Shown here in pieces: positions 22,498 through 33,600 of a stretch of 64,000 bases of DNA. How positions within the stretch are numbered: the stretch's first letter is position 1; each line of letters begins with the position of its first letter. A model generated the notes under the pieces. The model saw only the letters and a list, made by a program, of their open reading frames with translations. It was not told the origin of the DNA and did no database searches. The stretch is from the NCBI RefSeq assembly GCF_000143415.4, contig NW_003314295.1, positions 1,721,950 to 1,785,949 on the forward strand, written 5' to 3'. The stretch comes from Selaginella moellendorffii. Lineage: Eukaryota > Plantae > Lycopodiophyta. A program made the position numbers and the translations under genes.

Positions 22498-24489
22498 ATG
22501 GCGCATCCTCTACTGGCGCTATCGATTCCATCGGCGCCCGTCTCGGCTTCCTCCTCCTCCTCCTCCGACGCTCACATTCTCCACTCCACAGGTTCGTCGT
22601 CGCCGCTCCTCACAGCGTTTCAATCGCCGGCTCCATCCGGGAGGATTGCTGCTGCTCCGGGCCCTTCCAGGGTTTCGCTCGCAGGGTTTTGCGCGTGCGC
22701 TAGGCAGGGGATTAGGGTTGATGCGGCCGCTGGTGGCCGCGGCAGGGTTTCGGCATTCCTGGACAATGACGCTGTCGATCTCAATCCCTCCTCGATGGTG
22801 CCCGTGATGAGGAAGGAATTTGGTGCCTTTGGCGGTGGCGCGACGCTGGAAAAATCCAAGCTTGACCTCTCGTCCACGTCTTCGACCAAGTCCAGGCCTC
22901 AGGCAAGCGAGCTCTTTTTTATTCTTTCGTAGCTGATGAAGAAGAAAAAAATGTTGTTCTTCCTTTCAGCTAGAGGACGGTGACAATGGTGGAAACATTG
23001 GCAAAGGAAACAGGCATGGCGGTGGTGATAGCGGCGACGATGGTGGAGACGACGACGCTTATTTCGGTGATGGTGACGAAGAAGAAGATGGTGGAAACGA
23101 TGGTCTCTTTGGCAAACGAATAATTGTTCCAGAGGTACGAGAGATCCTTGGAATGAGAAAACTGACTTTGTTCTCTTCCTAAACAGATTTTCGACCGGAA
23201 AATCCTGGAGGCGGTGATGAAGGAATGGTACCGAACTATGAGTGACTTGCCTCTTGGTTTCAAGCAGGCTTTTGAGCTGGTAAGCAAAAGCTTAAATGGT
23301 CGCTCGCTCGTCTGACTGTCTGTGTCAAAAGGGATTGGTGAGCTCCGCGCAGCTCGTGAGATTCTTTTCAATGAGTGCCAGGCCAACGTTCTCAAGGGCG
23401 CTCTACAGACTGTTTCCTCCATCGCTTCCAAGGTTGTAACTTACCATTTCTTTCTCTCTGAACTTTGTTTTTCTGAGCCTGTTGTCTTGGTTTTTGACAG
23501 AATGCTTGCAGATCCAAGCTGGTATCCTTACAAAATATGCTTGGAGCAACTCGCTACCATTGGTTACGGATGTTGGTGGGAGTACCAGCGTCGGGGTGAA
23601 AGGTGAGCTCGTCGCTCTTCTTCTTTTTCTGTGTATGTTTGATTGAATCAATTTTTGTGCACAGGATCAAGGACGAGTGGGATTTGGCTCTATGCAACGT
23701 CCTCACTCTCGCGGCTTGTAACTTAGCCGTTGTTTGGTCGCTCGCGCCGACAAGGTCCTACGGCTCAACCTTCAAGTACGAGTTTCAGAACGTTCTACAG
23801 AAGCTTCCCAACAACATCTTCGACAAGAGCTACTCCATGCGGAATTACAACATGGGGCAGAGGCTCTGCAGCTTTTTCTACAAGGCAGGTGTGCTTGGCT
23901 TTTTGGGTGCGTTCCTTGGAGCTGCTGGAGCGGGATTGTCAAAGGCTTGCATTACTTTGAGAAAGCAGCGGTATGGTTTCCAAGACTTTTATGTTTGGTT
24001 CTGATGTACATATCATTGGCTGGCCTGTCTGTAGTGGTGCGAGCGACGAGTCTTCGGTGCCTTTGCCTTCGGTCCAAACAAGTGCTCTCGGCTATGGTGC
24101 TTTCCTTGGCTTATCCGGAAACTTTAGATACCAGCTGGTCTACGGAGCGGAACGCGCGATGCAAGAGCATCTCAATCACCTGGGCGTTGTGATCCTTTGC
24201 AGCTCCGCTTTGAGGTACGCACAAAAGCATGGTTTGTGAGTGGAAATTCAACTTTGTTTTTTTTTTGTATAGGCTGCTGTCGATTCGCGTAGGCGATGCC
24301 AGTCGAGTAGCTCTCCTCGGTTTGGATTCCGACGCGAAGAAGGCCCGAGATGGGAAAGCGTACCGCCGGCCTTCTCTCCCGTCCATGGAGTCCCTCAAGA
24401 ACGGCTTCTCCATGTCCGGTTTGCTCGATGCCAAGAAGGATATCTTCGCAAAGAGGAAAGTCAAGAGGAGAGTTATGGCCGTGCAATAG
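22498..24489 (+). CDS. DUF3411 / RETICULATA-related chloroplast membrane protein, multi-exon
   Basis: Transit-peptide-like N-terminus, GAFGGGATLEKSKLDL, Gly/Asp-rich linker, FDRKILEAVMKEWYRTMSDLP, RMLADP, RIKDEWDLALCNVLTL, VWSLAPTRSYG, LQKLPNNIFDKSY, YGAFLGLSGNFRYQL. Confidence 0.88.
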
Positions 24490-25324
24490 ACGAGGATCCA
24501 CCACCGCCGGAAGAGGTGCTACGTTTATTTCTTTTTATTTCTGACTGCCAGCTTTTTCTCATCGTCTGGCCGCCGCAAAGAACGTGAGGTGTTTTCGCTG
24601 CGCAACTCTTCCTTTTTTTTTTTTTGTGAAATAAGAGAGGTATTCTACGTGGAATTAAATCCACCGGCCATGCAAGTGATGGAGAATACGAAAGTTTGCA
24701 AAGTCAAGAAAAGGAGGAAACAGTTCAATTGACGTTGGCCAGTCGGCGTTGCATGAAGTCACAGCTTTTTACGTGGAAATACATACTTCTATTCTTTTTT
24801 GTTAGAGTTTGCCGAATCACCAGACACTACGGTCTCTGTCCTAAGCTTCAATGATGTAATCACGACTCTTTCGTGGAGTGGCGCTATAGCCGAAGAATCG
24901 GCCATAGCTGGAAACACAGTGCCAAGTTTCCAGAGAGAATTTCACTTCACTACGAATTGGACGAAGCAACGAAACGTGTTCTTGACCGCAAAAGTAAAAA
25001 GCTCGTTCGCGCGAACGTTCGCTCCGATGGCTCAATCCAATCCAACAAGCGTGCAACCAAAAGGTGGTGGCGGCCATCGTCATGGAGCACAAGTAAACCC
25101 AAAATGTACGATCGATGGGATTGATCCACCACAACCATGGAAGACAAAAAAACTTTGACGTTATGGAGGGACCATAGCAAAGAATCTCTTTTTTTTTTAG
25201 TGGGGAGAAAAGAATCATCTATGTACAAATTTGTTGTTCCCCCGTGTCCACAGCTTACAAACTTATCTTCTCGAAACTTTTCTTCCCGCAACTTTTCTTC
25301 CCGATTTCTCGAGAGATCGAACGC

Positions 25325-27331
25325 TCAATGCCGCAACTGGACGGTAGTCACGCCACCCAGCGCGGTGCTAAAGCTCCTCTCCGATCTGTGGAGGATCCTC
25401 AGCAGCGAGCTCGCCTTCCTCTTAGCTCGCGGCGTCCCAACCGTGATGAGATTGTAGAGCGCCGGGACGGTGGCCGAGATCTTGAGCAGCTGGTTGACGA
25501 TGGTGTCACTGCCACTCCGGCACAGCGCCAGGAGAACCGCGGTGGAGTTCTCCTTCCCTTTGGACGATCCCATTCTCAGCAGTCCCACCAGCAGAGGAAT
25601 CGCCCCTGTTCCACTCAGTGCCAGGAGTCCCTCGGAGGAGCTGGCCAGTAGAGCTAACACCGCCAGCGCGTCGTCGGTGATGTCCGCGTCCTCGGTGAGT
25701 AGCTCCACTAGCAAAGGCACCGCGCCAGCCGCGATGATCCTGCCTTTGTTGCCGTGGTAAACTGCCAAGTTGAAGAGCGCGGTCGCGGCATCGCGCTTCC
25801 CACGCGCGCTGCTCCCTTCTCGCAGCAGCGCGATGAGAGACGTGAAAGTTTCGCTCTTGCTGCCGATCAGGACCTTGTACTCGTCCACCACGGACAGGCT
25901 GAACAGCGTCGCCGCGGCATTCTCTCGAGACTCCACTGTGCTGCCTGACTTAAGCACCGCCAGGATCGGATCGACTGCCCCGGCCGAGACGATGAGCTTC
26001 TTGTTGGCGTCGCAGATGGACAAGTTGAGGATGGCCGTGATCGCGTTCTCTTGAGTCTTTGCGTCTCGCGATGAAAGCAGCGGCACCAAGAACGGGATCG
26101 CTCCTGCCTCGGCGATGCAAACCCGGTTGTCCGTTCCACATTTGGCCAGCAGCCTGAGCTCGTATGCCACTTGCTTTTGGACCTCTGGCGGGCCTGACGC
26201 AAGCTTGCCAACCAGAAAAGCTGCCGTGAGCTTTGTAGCTTCCAGAGCAGCTCGTGTGGTCACGAGATTGTCCACCGAGAGCGTTGGCTTGTTGCCGCTG
26301 GCGTGGGAGTTGTATGGAACTTTGTGATCCTCGCACCACTGCCGGATCAGACTCCTCAGCGCGTGATTCGGAATCACGTTGACGTGCGCTAGCTTCTGTC
26401 CGCTCTTCGGGCACGTCGAGTGGCCGGAGTCGATCCACCTCTGGATGGATACGCGGTCGTAAGTCTGGCCTGACGAGATGATCACCGGGTCTTGCATCAG
26501 CTCCAGACTTATCGGGCATTTGAATTCGTCCGGGACGTCGGATCCGGTCGCTTGTACCGCTGCGTCGTTGCTGGCCTCCACAGTGGTGGCCTCCACTTCG
26601 AGAGTCTCTTCTATGCACACGCCGAAGAGCACGCACTTGCAGTAACGCCCAAAGCTGATCAAGTTCTTGATGCTGATGAGCGCTGCCATGTCGCCACCCG
26701 TGGCCAAGCTCTCCATCTCCTCCTCCAAAAGATAGAGCTCCCTTTGGAGCTCGGAGCATATGTCGATCTGGAGGCTCTCGAAGAAGCTCCTCACTCTGAG
26801 CTCGTCGGGCGTTTCCTTCCTCTCCACTTCACTCAGCATGCCCAACACCTCGGCACGCATCTTCTCGTCGGACGCCTCGTAGATGGGCGTCGATCGCTTG
26901 GACTGCAATCTAAGCAGCTCCACCTGTTCCTTCACCTCCACGGAGATCTCCAAGAGATCAAGAGGGAGCCCGGATAGCTCCGACGCGATCTCCTGCGTGA
27001 GCTCGTAGAATTGCTCCGACACCCTTCGTGTTTGCATGAGCAACCATAGCCGGCTTCCTTCCCTGCACTCGTCAAGGAGCAATTTTGCCCTCTGGATCGT
27101 GAGATGGAGCTCCCGGAAGGCCAACACCGCGGAGGGCGGCAGCGTTGGATGGCAGTCCTTGATCTCCTCGAACAGAGGGCCGAGGAGCTTGATCCGGCGC
27201 ACGATGTTGGACTGATTGCGCTGCTGGATCATCCTCGGCCGCTCGTAGAACCCGACCTCTTGCGCGAGATTATAGAGCTCCTTGACGAGGCTGAGCGCGC
27301 TGGGACTGGGAGGAGGCGGCATCAGCGCCAT
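25325..27331 (-). CDS. Plant U-box/ARM E3 ubiquitin ligase with UND domain (PUB17-like), single exon; start could be 27379
   Basis: U-box VPDEFKCPISLELMQDPVIISSGQTYDRVSIQRWIDSGHSTCPKSGQ...IPNHALRSLIRQWCE; ARM repeats (IAEAGAIPFLVPLL, RENAAATLFSLS, GKRDAATALFNLA). Confidence 0.95.
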   Translation of the reverse strand: MALMPPPPSPSALSLVKELYNLAQEVGFYERPRMIQQRNQSNIVRRIKLLGPLFEEIKDCHPTLPPSAVLAFRELHLTIQRAKLLLDECREGSRLWLLMQTRRVSEQFYELTQEIASELSGLPLDLLEISVEVKEQVELLRLQSKRSTPIYEASDEKMRAEVLGMLSEVERKETPDELRVRSFFESLQIDICSELQRELYLLEEEMESLATGGDMAALISIKNLISFGRYCKCVLFGVCIEETLEVEATTVEASNDAAVQATGSDVPDEFKCPISLELMQDPVIISSGQTYDRVSIQRWIDSGHSTCPKSGQKLAHVNVIPNHALRSLIRQWCEDHKVPYNSHASGNKPTLSVDNLVTTRAALEATKLTAAFLVGKLASGPPEVQKQVAYELRLLAKCGTDNRVCIAEAGAIPFLVPLLSSRDAKTQENAITAILNLSICDANKKLIVSAGAVDPILAVLKSGSTVESRENAAATLFSLSVVDEYKVLIGSKSETFTSLIALLREGSSARGKRDAATALFNLAVYHGNKGRIIAAGAVPLLVELLTEDADITDDALAVLALLASSSEGLLALSGTGAIPLLVGLLRMGSSKGKENSTAVLLALCRSGSDTIVNQLLKISATVPALYNLITVGTPRAKRKASSLLRILHRSERSFSTALGGVTTVQLRH

Positions 27332-27969
27332 GACCAGCCGCCTTCTCTTGCTAAACGGCGATGGCTTCCGTTGCATCATCGATCTTGCTTTGCTTAGAAC
27401 CCTACCTCTGCGCAATCTAGAGAAATCCCTGCGACCAAATGTACCTCGATCGATCGATTCTAGCGGCTAGAACATCGATTCACTCCAGAGGAGAGCTAGC
27501 AATCTGCGCGGCAGCGCGTGTGGCGGCGGCCCTCTTCCTCTTGGGAAATATTTGAAATGGGCAAAAGAGAGAAAGCCCTCTCTATATAAATGAGCCTCCC
27601 TCCCATACGTTGAATAGAGCGGCGATTGACGGCTGGGATCCTTCCCAGCGGCGGTGGCGATTTACCGCGCCCACGTCGATCCGACGGCTGGCGCTCGCTA
27701 AGGTCGGCTATGTGCGACATGGCATGAAATTTGGGCCAGGTCCCATTCACTGTTTGCTCTACATCGCGTGGAGGGCCGGGCTTGCGAATTGTGGCCCGCC
27801 CAGATTTGGCCAATTCCAACACGCCCTGGAGCGGCGTCCAAATGGTAACGTTTGGAGGCACGATCGATTAAAATTAGCATAACCCGCGCATAAACCACGT
27901 GTTGGAAGGCGTGCGCTCACGTTGTGTATGGATACGCTCGTTTAGTAGCTCGACGTGCTTAACAATGCC

Positions 27970-28105
27970 CCGGGATTATTATAATGTAATGCGTGGTTAG
28001 CCACAACGTGGAGGCGTTCCATGACGGGATTATTCTAATGCGATGCGTGGTTAGCCTGCATGACGGGATTATTTTAATGTAATGGATGGTTTAGGCACTA
28101 CGTGG
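27970..28105. repeat. Three imperfect ~40-55 bp tandem repeats upstream of the U-box gene
   Basis: gggattatt(a/c/t)taatg..atg(c/g)..ggtt at about 27972, 28026 and 28065. Confidence 0.75.
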
Positions 28106-28795
28106 AAGACGGGAGCGCAAAACTCCAGCAGGAAAATGGAGAAGGCCCGGACAAGCAAAGCCAGTCCAAATGCAAGAAAATCTTGGTAAGCAAACAAGAG
28201 AATAGTGGAAGATGGCATTTGGGCGTGACAATTGTCGCATGGGTTGATGAACCCTAATTGGCTGGCCGGCAAGTTGGCCGTCGGTGGTTTTGGTCGACGA
28301 CACCGACCATGTTGGTTGAGACGTGATTTGCATCTTCTTTTTCCTTTCCGCGCAAGACGGATTGATCTGGTGTTGTTGGATCGCACTTTTGTTTGCTGTG
28401 GCACCAAACTCAAACAGTTGACCTTGATGATCTTGAGCAAAAGTCAAAAACACGGCTGCAAGCCACAAACATTTACAGCAGCGATTGTCAAATGTCAACT
28501 GCACGAGGCTTCGTTCCGAGGCGCACTAGACTCTAATAGCCGACTTCAACCACGGTTGAAGTCAATGTGGCCCCCTGTTTCAAACGTGGGGTCAAAGAAA
28601 CAGATATTCCATTCAAGATGCTCTGATTTCCCTTGCGAATCTTTCCTTTGCAAACAGGAGGGAATCGCAGTGATGGAGCAGCAAGAAACCACAGTGTCGA
28701 TGGATTGCCACAAGTTTCTTACGAGATCCTCATTGTAAGTTTTCAGGCCCCACATTGATCCAAAGAATAGTGGAAAAAAATCGTTTGTATCTTGA

Positions 28796-29848
28796 TCACG
28801 AAGATGTTCTGATCAACACAAGTGTCTGGAGCATTATCTGGACAAGGGCGCCGTACACAGCACTCGCGTAGTGCATGCCATCGCCCGTACACCCTCTCCC
28901 ACACAAGGAGCTCACCTCCTTCACGTCCAACACCCTGAAATCCCCGCCGGGGAGCGTGAGATTGCTCCTGCCCAGCTCCTCGTCGTAGCGAGACAGCAAT
29001 GGCGCCGTCATCTTCTCGCGCTTGGCCGCGGTGTTGAGAAGCCCGGGCACCAGCACCGGAAGATTCAGCCAGAACAAGTGTGGCGCGCGTAGCGATCGAG
29101 CAGCCGCCGCCAAATCTCTCAAGCTGGCGCCGTAGTCGGATGGATCCGAGACGTGCAACATGTGCCACAGCCCGGCTCCCGCGATGATCACGTCCGGAGA
29201 GCGAGAGCGCGCGCTTGATCCTGATCCATTCCCGGAATGCTGGAGCTCGAGAAGCTTGCTGGTTAAGTTGGCGGCGTATGGAGCCCAGAAGAAATCCACT
29301 CTGAGGTGCTCGTCTTCCAGGGTGTGGGAGAAGTCGCTGTGGAACTTGAAGAGCTGGGATCTCACTGGCGCCGGATCCTCCAGGAGGAGCTCCAGCAGCG
29401 AGAGAAGGAAGTACCGAGCTTGGGAGTCGCCAGCCACGACAATCCACGTCCCGGACAGGAACTCGAGCGCCTCCTCCCTGTGGAGCTCTCGGAACTTGCA
29501 GGCAGAGATGGCGGCGGATCTCTTCCTCGTCCAGGCCCAGCGGATCTTCTCCTCGTCGTCGCTATCGTCGAAGAAATTGATGGCGTAGAGGGAGTGGAGG
29601 CAGCCGAGATTGGAAGAAGATGAAGAGGAGGACGAGAGGACGAGCGAGGAGATGGTGGAGTGGAAGGAGGAGACGAGGCGCGAGAGGGATGGCGCGTAGG
29701 GAAGAATGTGGACGGCGGCGGCGAGGATGATGAAGATGATGGTGCTGAAGAAGAGGACCCTGTTGCGTGTGATGTGCCAGCCCGCCATGGCGAGCGGCGC
29801 GAACACCACAATGCTGGCCGCGAGCAGCCCCGCCGCTGCCATCACCAT
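28796..29848 (-). CDS. AXY9: ALTERED XYLOGLUCAN 9-like cell-wall O-acetylation protein (SGNH/TBL-like), single exon
   Basis: PLAMAGWHITRNRVLFFS, WIVVAGDSQAR, VDFFWAPY, PDVIIAGAGLWHMLHV, PHLFWLNLP, CTGDGMHY (GDS and DxxH motifs); collinear with recalled AXY9. Confidence 0.9.
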   Translation of the reverse strand: MVMAAAGLLAASIVVFAPLAMAGWHITRNRVLFFSTIIFIILAAAVHILPYAPSLSRLVSSFHSTISSLVLSSSSSSSSNLGCLHSLYAINFFDDSDDEEKIRWAWTRKRSAAISACKFRELHREEALEFLSGTWIVVAGDSQARYFLLSLLELLLEDPAPVRSQLFKFHSDFSHTLEDEHLRVDFFWAPYAANLTSKLLELQHSGNGSGSSARSRSPDVIIAGAGLWHMLHVSDPSDYGASLRDLAAAARSLRAPHLFWLNLPVLVPGLLNTAAKREKMTAPLLSRYDEELGRSNLTLPGGDFRVLDVKEVSSLCGRGCTGDGMHYASAVYGALVQIMLQTLVLIRTSS

Positions 29849-29942
29849 CGATACATGAAAGAATTTCACCTCCGATCCAGCCCGCCCAGATCACAAGAAA
29901 CCCTAGGAGGAAGAACCCTAGAACTCTAGTCCCCATTGATTC

Positions 29943-31375
29943 ATGAGTGATCTCCACGCCCAGGAGCTGATTCGATCGTGCCGGGGCCTCGCGGAAGCGG
30001 TAGCGCTGCATTCCTCGCTGTGCGATCGAGTGCATCTCGGCGTCTATCTCTCCAATCTGCTGGTCCAGATGTATGGGAAATGCGGTTGCCCCGATCGCGC
30101 GAGGGCCGTCTTCGATGGAATCCGACCCAAGAATCGCTTCTCCTGGTCCTTAATGATCACGGCGTATGTGCAGAATGGATGTTTGATCCAAGCGCAAGAG
30201 CTCTTCGATCGAATGCCTGAGAGAGACCAGACCGCGTGGAACATCATGATCTCGGCATATGCCCAAACTAGGGATCTGGAGGAAGCCCAAGAACTCTTTC
30301 AAAGGATGCCCGACAAAGATATCGTGTCGTACGGTGCCATGCTGGCGGCATATGCTGAAAATGGCCAACTGGCGCGAGCCACCGAAATTTTTAGAATCGT
30401 GCCGTACAGGGACATGCTGATGTGGACGAGCATGCTGACAGGGTATGCCCAGGCTGGGCAAATGGGCTTGGCGAAGAATCTGTTTGGTGGCATGCCCGAG
30501 TGGGACATGGTGAGCTATACGGCCTTGCTGTGTGGATATTCTCAGAACAATGCCTCGGAAGACGCGTGGCAAGTATTTACGGCAATGCCGCGGAGGGATC
30601 TAGTAACCTGGAACGCGATGCTTGCAGCATATGCCCACAGCGGGAATCTGCTGGAGTTTGAGAGATGCTTTTGGAAGATGCCCGAATGGAGCATGGCTTC
30701 TTGGAACACGATGCTTGCCGCGTACTTCCAGGCCGGAGATTTCCAGCGTGCGTCTCAAATCTATGACTCGATGCCGCGACACGATTTAATCTCGTCGACT
30801 ACGATGCTTGAGGTGTTTACTCAGCTGGGGCTTCTGGATTCAGCGAAGAAGCTCTTTGAGACGATGGAGGAGCCTCCTGGACAGTAATGGTGAGCGCGTA
30901 TGGACGGTCGGGATTTCTTGATTACGCGAAAGCCCTGTTGGAGAGCATTCCGGAACGGAATGTGATGCCTTGTACCGCTATGCTTGCTTGTTACGCACAA
31001 AATGGGCTTCTTGACAAGGCCAGGAGAGTTTTGGACGAGATGCCCGAGCATGACGTGGTGCCGTGGAATGCCATGCTGGCAGGATATAGTCAAGGTGGGA
31101 GGCGTGACCTGGCAAGCGAGCTCTTTCAAGCAATGCGGCTGCAAGGACTCAAATCCGACCAGATCTCTTTTACGTGCTTGTTTCTGGGATTTAGTCACGG
31201 CGGAAAGATGGAAGACGCTCTAAGATGCTTCCTTTCGATGCAAAGTGATGATGGATTGGAGCCAGTGTTGCAACAATACTGCTGCATGGTGGATCTGCTG
31301 GACAGGGCTGGACGAGAAAAGGATGCCAGGAATTTAACTGCGAGCATTCCCTTCGAAAATCTAGGAATTCACTAG
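29943..31375 (+). pseudogene. PLS-class PPR gene with a frameshift at about 30873 and a truncated E region
   Basis: ORFs 29943-30887 and 30887-31375 are consecutive PPR motifs; ATG GAG GAG CC TCC TGG ACA GTA ATG shows a deletion inside the expected E-R-x-x-V-S-W-T motif. Confidence 0.82.
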
Positions 31376-31389
31376 TAGAGTAAATTATC

Positions 31390-31860
31390 ACTGGCACAAG
31401 ACAAAGAACATATTCATATTGACATGCCAAAGCACAAGTTAATCTTGTGGAATATTTTGTTGACTGGGGGGGGGGGATTGGACGAAGCAAAAGAAGTTTT
31501 TGCAAGCGTCAAAACGGGCATCTTCGCGAGTCAAAGAGAATCTTCGATGCGATGCCAAACCATGGCTTGGAACTTGGAACTCCATGTTGTGTTGACTGGA
31601 TTCTTCATAAGGAAGAGGCAAAGGGCCTGTTCAATTCGAATGCCATTTGGTGACCTGGTCTCATCGCCGAGCATGCTACACGCAACGCGCGTACGCGGAA
31701 TTAAGAAGCTAGCCAGTTCTTTGCAAATATGCCAGAGCTTACTTATACTACGCCCATAATGCCACCTCGGGCAAGCTCTTGGATTTCGGAGTCCACCATG
31801 CTTGCGGCTTATGCAAAGTGTCGGGGATTCTTCCAGGCCAAGAGTTTGTTCGATCGATTT
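31390..31860 (+). pseudogene. Decayed fragment of the 3' half of a PPR closely related to 54199-56145
   Basis: Blocks such as atcttcgatgcgatgccaaaccat, gaatgccatttgg..ctggtctcatcg..gagcatgctacacgc and ttctttgcaaa.atgccagagctta match the reverse complement of about 54690-55370. Confidence 0.85.
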
Positions 31861-32149
31861 AGTTGTACCTACTCTTAAGACTCAACCACAACTAAGTGAA
31901 CATGACTCTTAACAATTAGAGACGATCACTCTCTTTGCCGCATCGCTCAGATGACAGTGTTTGAGGAAAAGCCACTCAGTCGCGCATCTCCATTATTTTT
32001 TTTTATAAAGTATTGTCAAATAATAAAGTTATTAGCTAATAAAAGATATGACAAAATCAAGAATAAGTCCACTTAATATCCTTGTCAAAATAAAATTTAA
32101 AGCATAAAATATAATCAACACTCGCCTCCATTCCAAGAAACAAGGTTTA

Positions 32150-32970
32150 GCTCTGGTAATCAATCGAACAGACTCTTTGCAGCAAGCATGGTGTTCCACT
32201 CCACAGAGTCCTTTTTGGCCAACACAAGCTCAGGTTTTAAGACGAGAAAAAACCACGAGGAGCGAGTTCCAAGTGACCATGGATTCAAATTCCCAAGAGC
32301 TTGCTTGAGGTGGCCATTCTGGGCGTAGACAAAAACCATGGCAGTTCAGTAAGCTCTGGCATATTTGCAAAGAACTTCTTTAATTCTTCAACACAAAAGT
32401 GTATCGATGGATTTTAGCTTAGTACATCTTGGTGAGGTGAAAGACCTGTTCATCAAATGCCATTTGGTGTCTTTGCAGCACTTGGACGTTCCATCCACAG
32501 TGACTAAATCCCAGAAATAGAGATCTGGTCGGCTTTGAGGCCTTTCAGCCGAAAAGGTGCCCATTTTGCAGGTAATATGCAATCATGGCATCACATTCTG
32601 CTCCGGATGGTCTCCAACAGGGCTTTTGTGTCATCATCAAGTCCTGAACACCCATACGCCCTCACCATTACTGGAAGTTGCATCTTCTCAAAGAATCTAA
32701 GAAAAGACCTAAAACATTGTAGTCAACAAGATTAAATTGTGCCACAGCATTACCAATTTCTGGCATGGAAGTATGTGGCAGGCATCAATGCTTCCTTGGA
32801 AGTCTAATAGACCCATATTTACACATATTTTGCACATATAGGATAACCATCAAAACTTATATTTGATATTTAAACACTTAATTTGAGAAAATCGTGTGGA
32901 AGAAGTTACTTTATGAAATAAGGAGACAGTGGAAGGCGCGAGAGGGACGGACTGTGGACGAAGAAGAACC
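32150..32970 (-). pseudogene. Mosaic remnant: inverted copy of the PPR sequences at about 30700-31860 followed by AXY9 scraps
   Basis: agtaagctctggcatatttgcaaagaa (32348) is the exact reverse complement of 31717-31743; gtgactaaatcccagaaa and agatctggtcgg mirror 31156-31198; ccatacgccctcaccattactg mirrors 30882-30903; 32895-32970 matches AXY9 pieces. Confidence 0.8.
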
Positions 32971-33600
32971 TCCCAAGGGGTGCTTTATATTTTTTGGACT
33001 ATTAGTTCAGGCTAAATAGTTCTGTGAATCAAAAAGTGTACAAGGTAATAAGCAATTTTTTTAAAAAATGTCTTAAGTATACCACCCCTATGTCTTACAA
33101 ATTAAAGGCCAGCCCTAAACTATTTAACAAATCAGCTAGTTTAATTCCAGTTTTTGTGTCAATTCGATTCATAACAAAAAAAGACCAATATATTAATCAA
33201 GTGAACTAAACAACTTAGAAATTGTTTAATCAACCAAAGAAAACCTTTGGAGGTTAATCCACAACAACTTGTTGGTTTTGTGACAAAAACCAACAATTTC
33301 GGTGCCCTGTAAAGGCAAATTAATCTTGGAGAAAAATGTCTGGCAAGCTTTTTACAGAACACGTCAGTGGAGAGCTTATTATAAGTAACAAAGGATCAAG
33401 TGGAAGCTATATCTTTTCACATTGACCGAGATTCCAGTTTTTGTGAAGAAGTCTATAGTCCAAAGTGATGCGATGCATGGAAAATATGAATTCGAATGGA
33501 GGTGAACCAGATCGATAATGCACTGAGATCAAAGAATCTAACAGAATCTTTGATCTCAGCCGTTGGGAGAAAAAGGTTTGTTCCCTTGGAGATCCCAGCG

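Noticed and set aside
27970-28105. CRISPR-like repeat-spacer appearance
   Set aside because: Eukaryotic context, degenerate repeats, no unique regular spacers and no cas genes.
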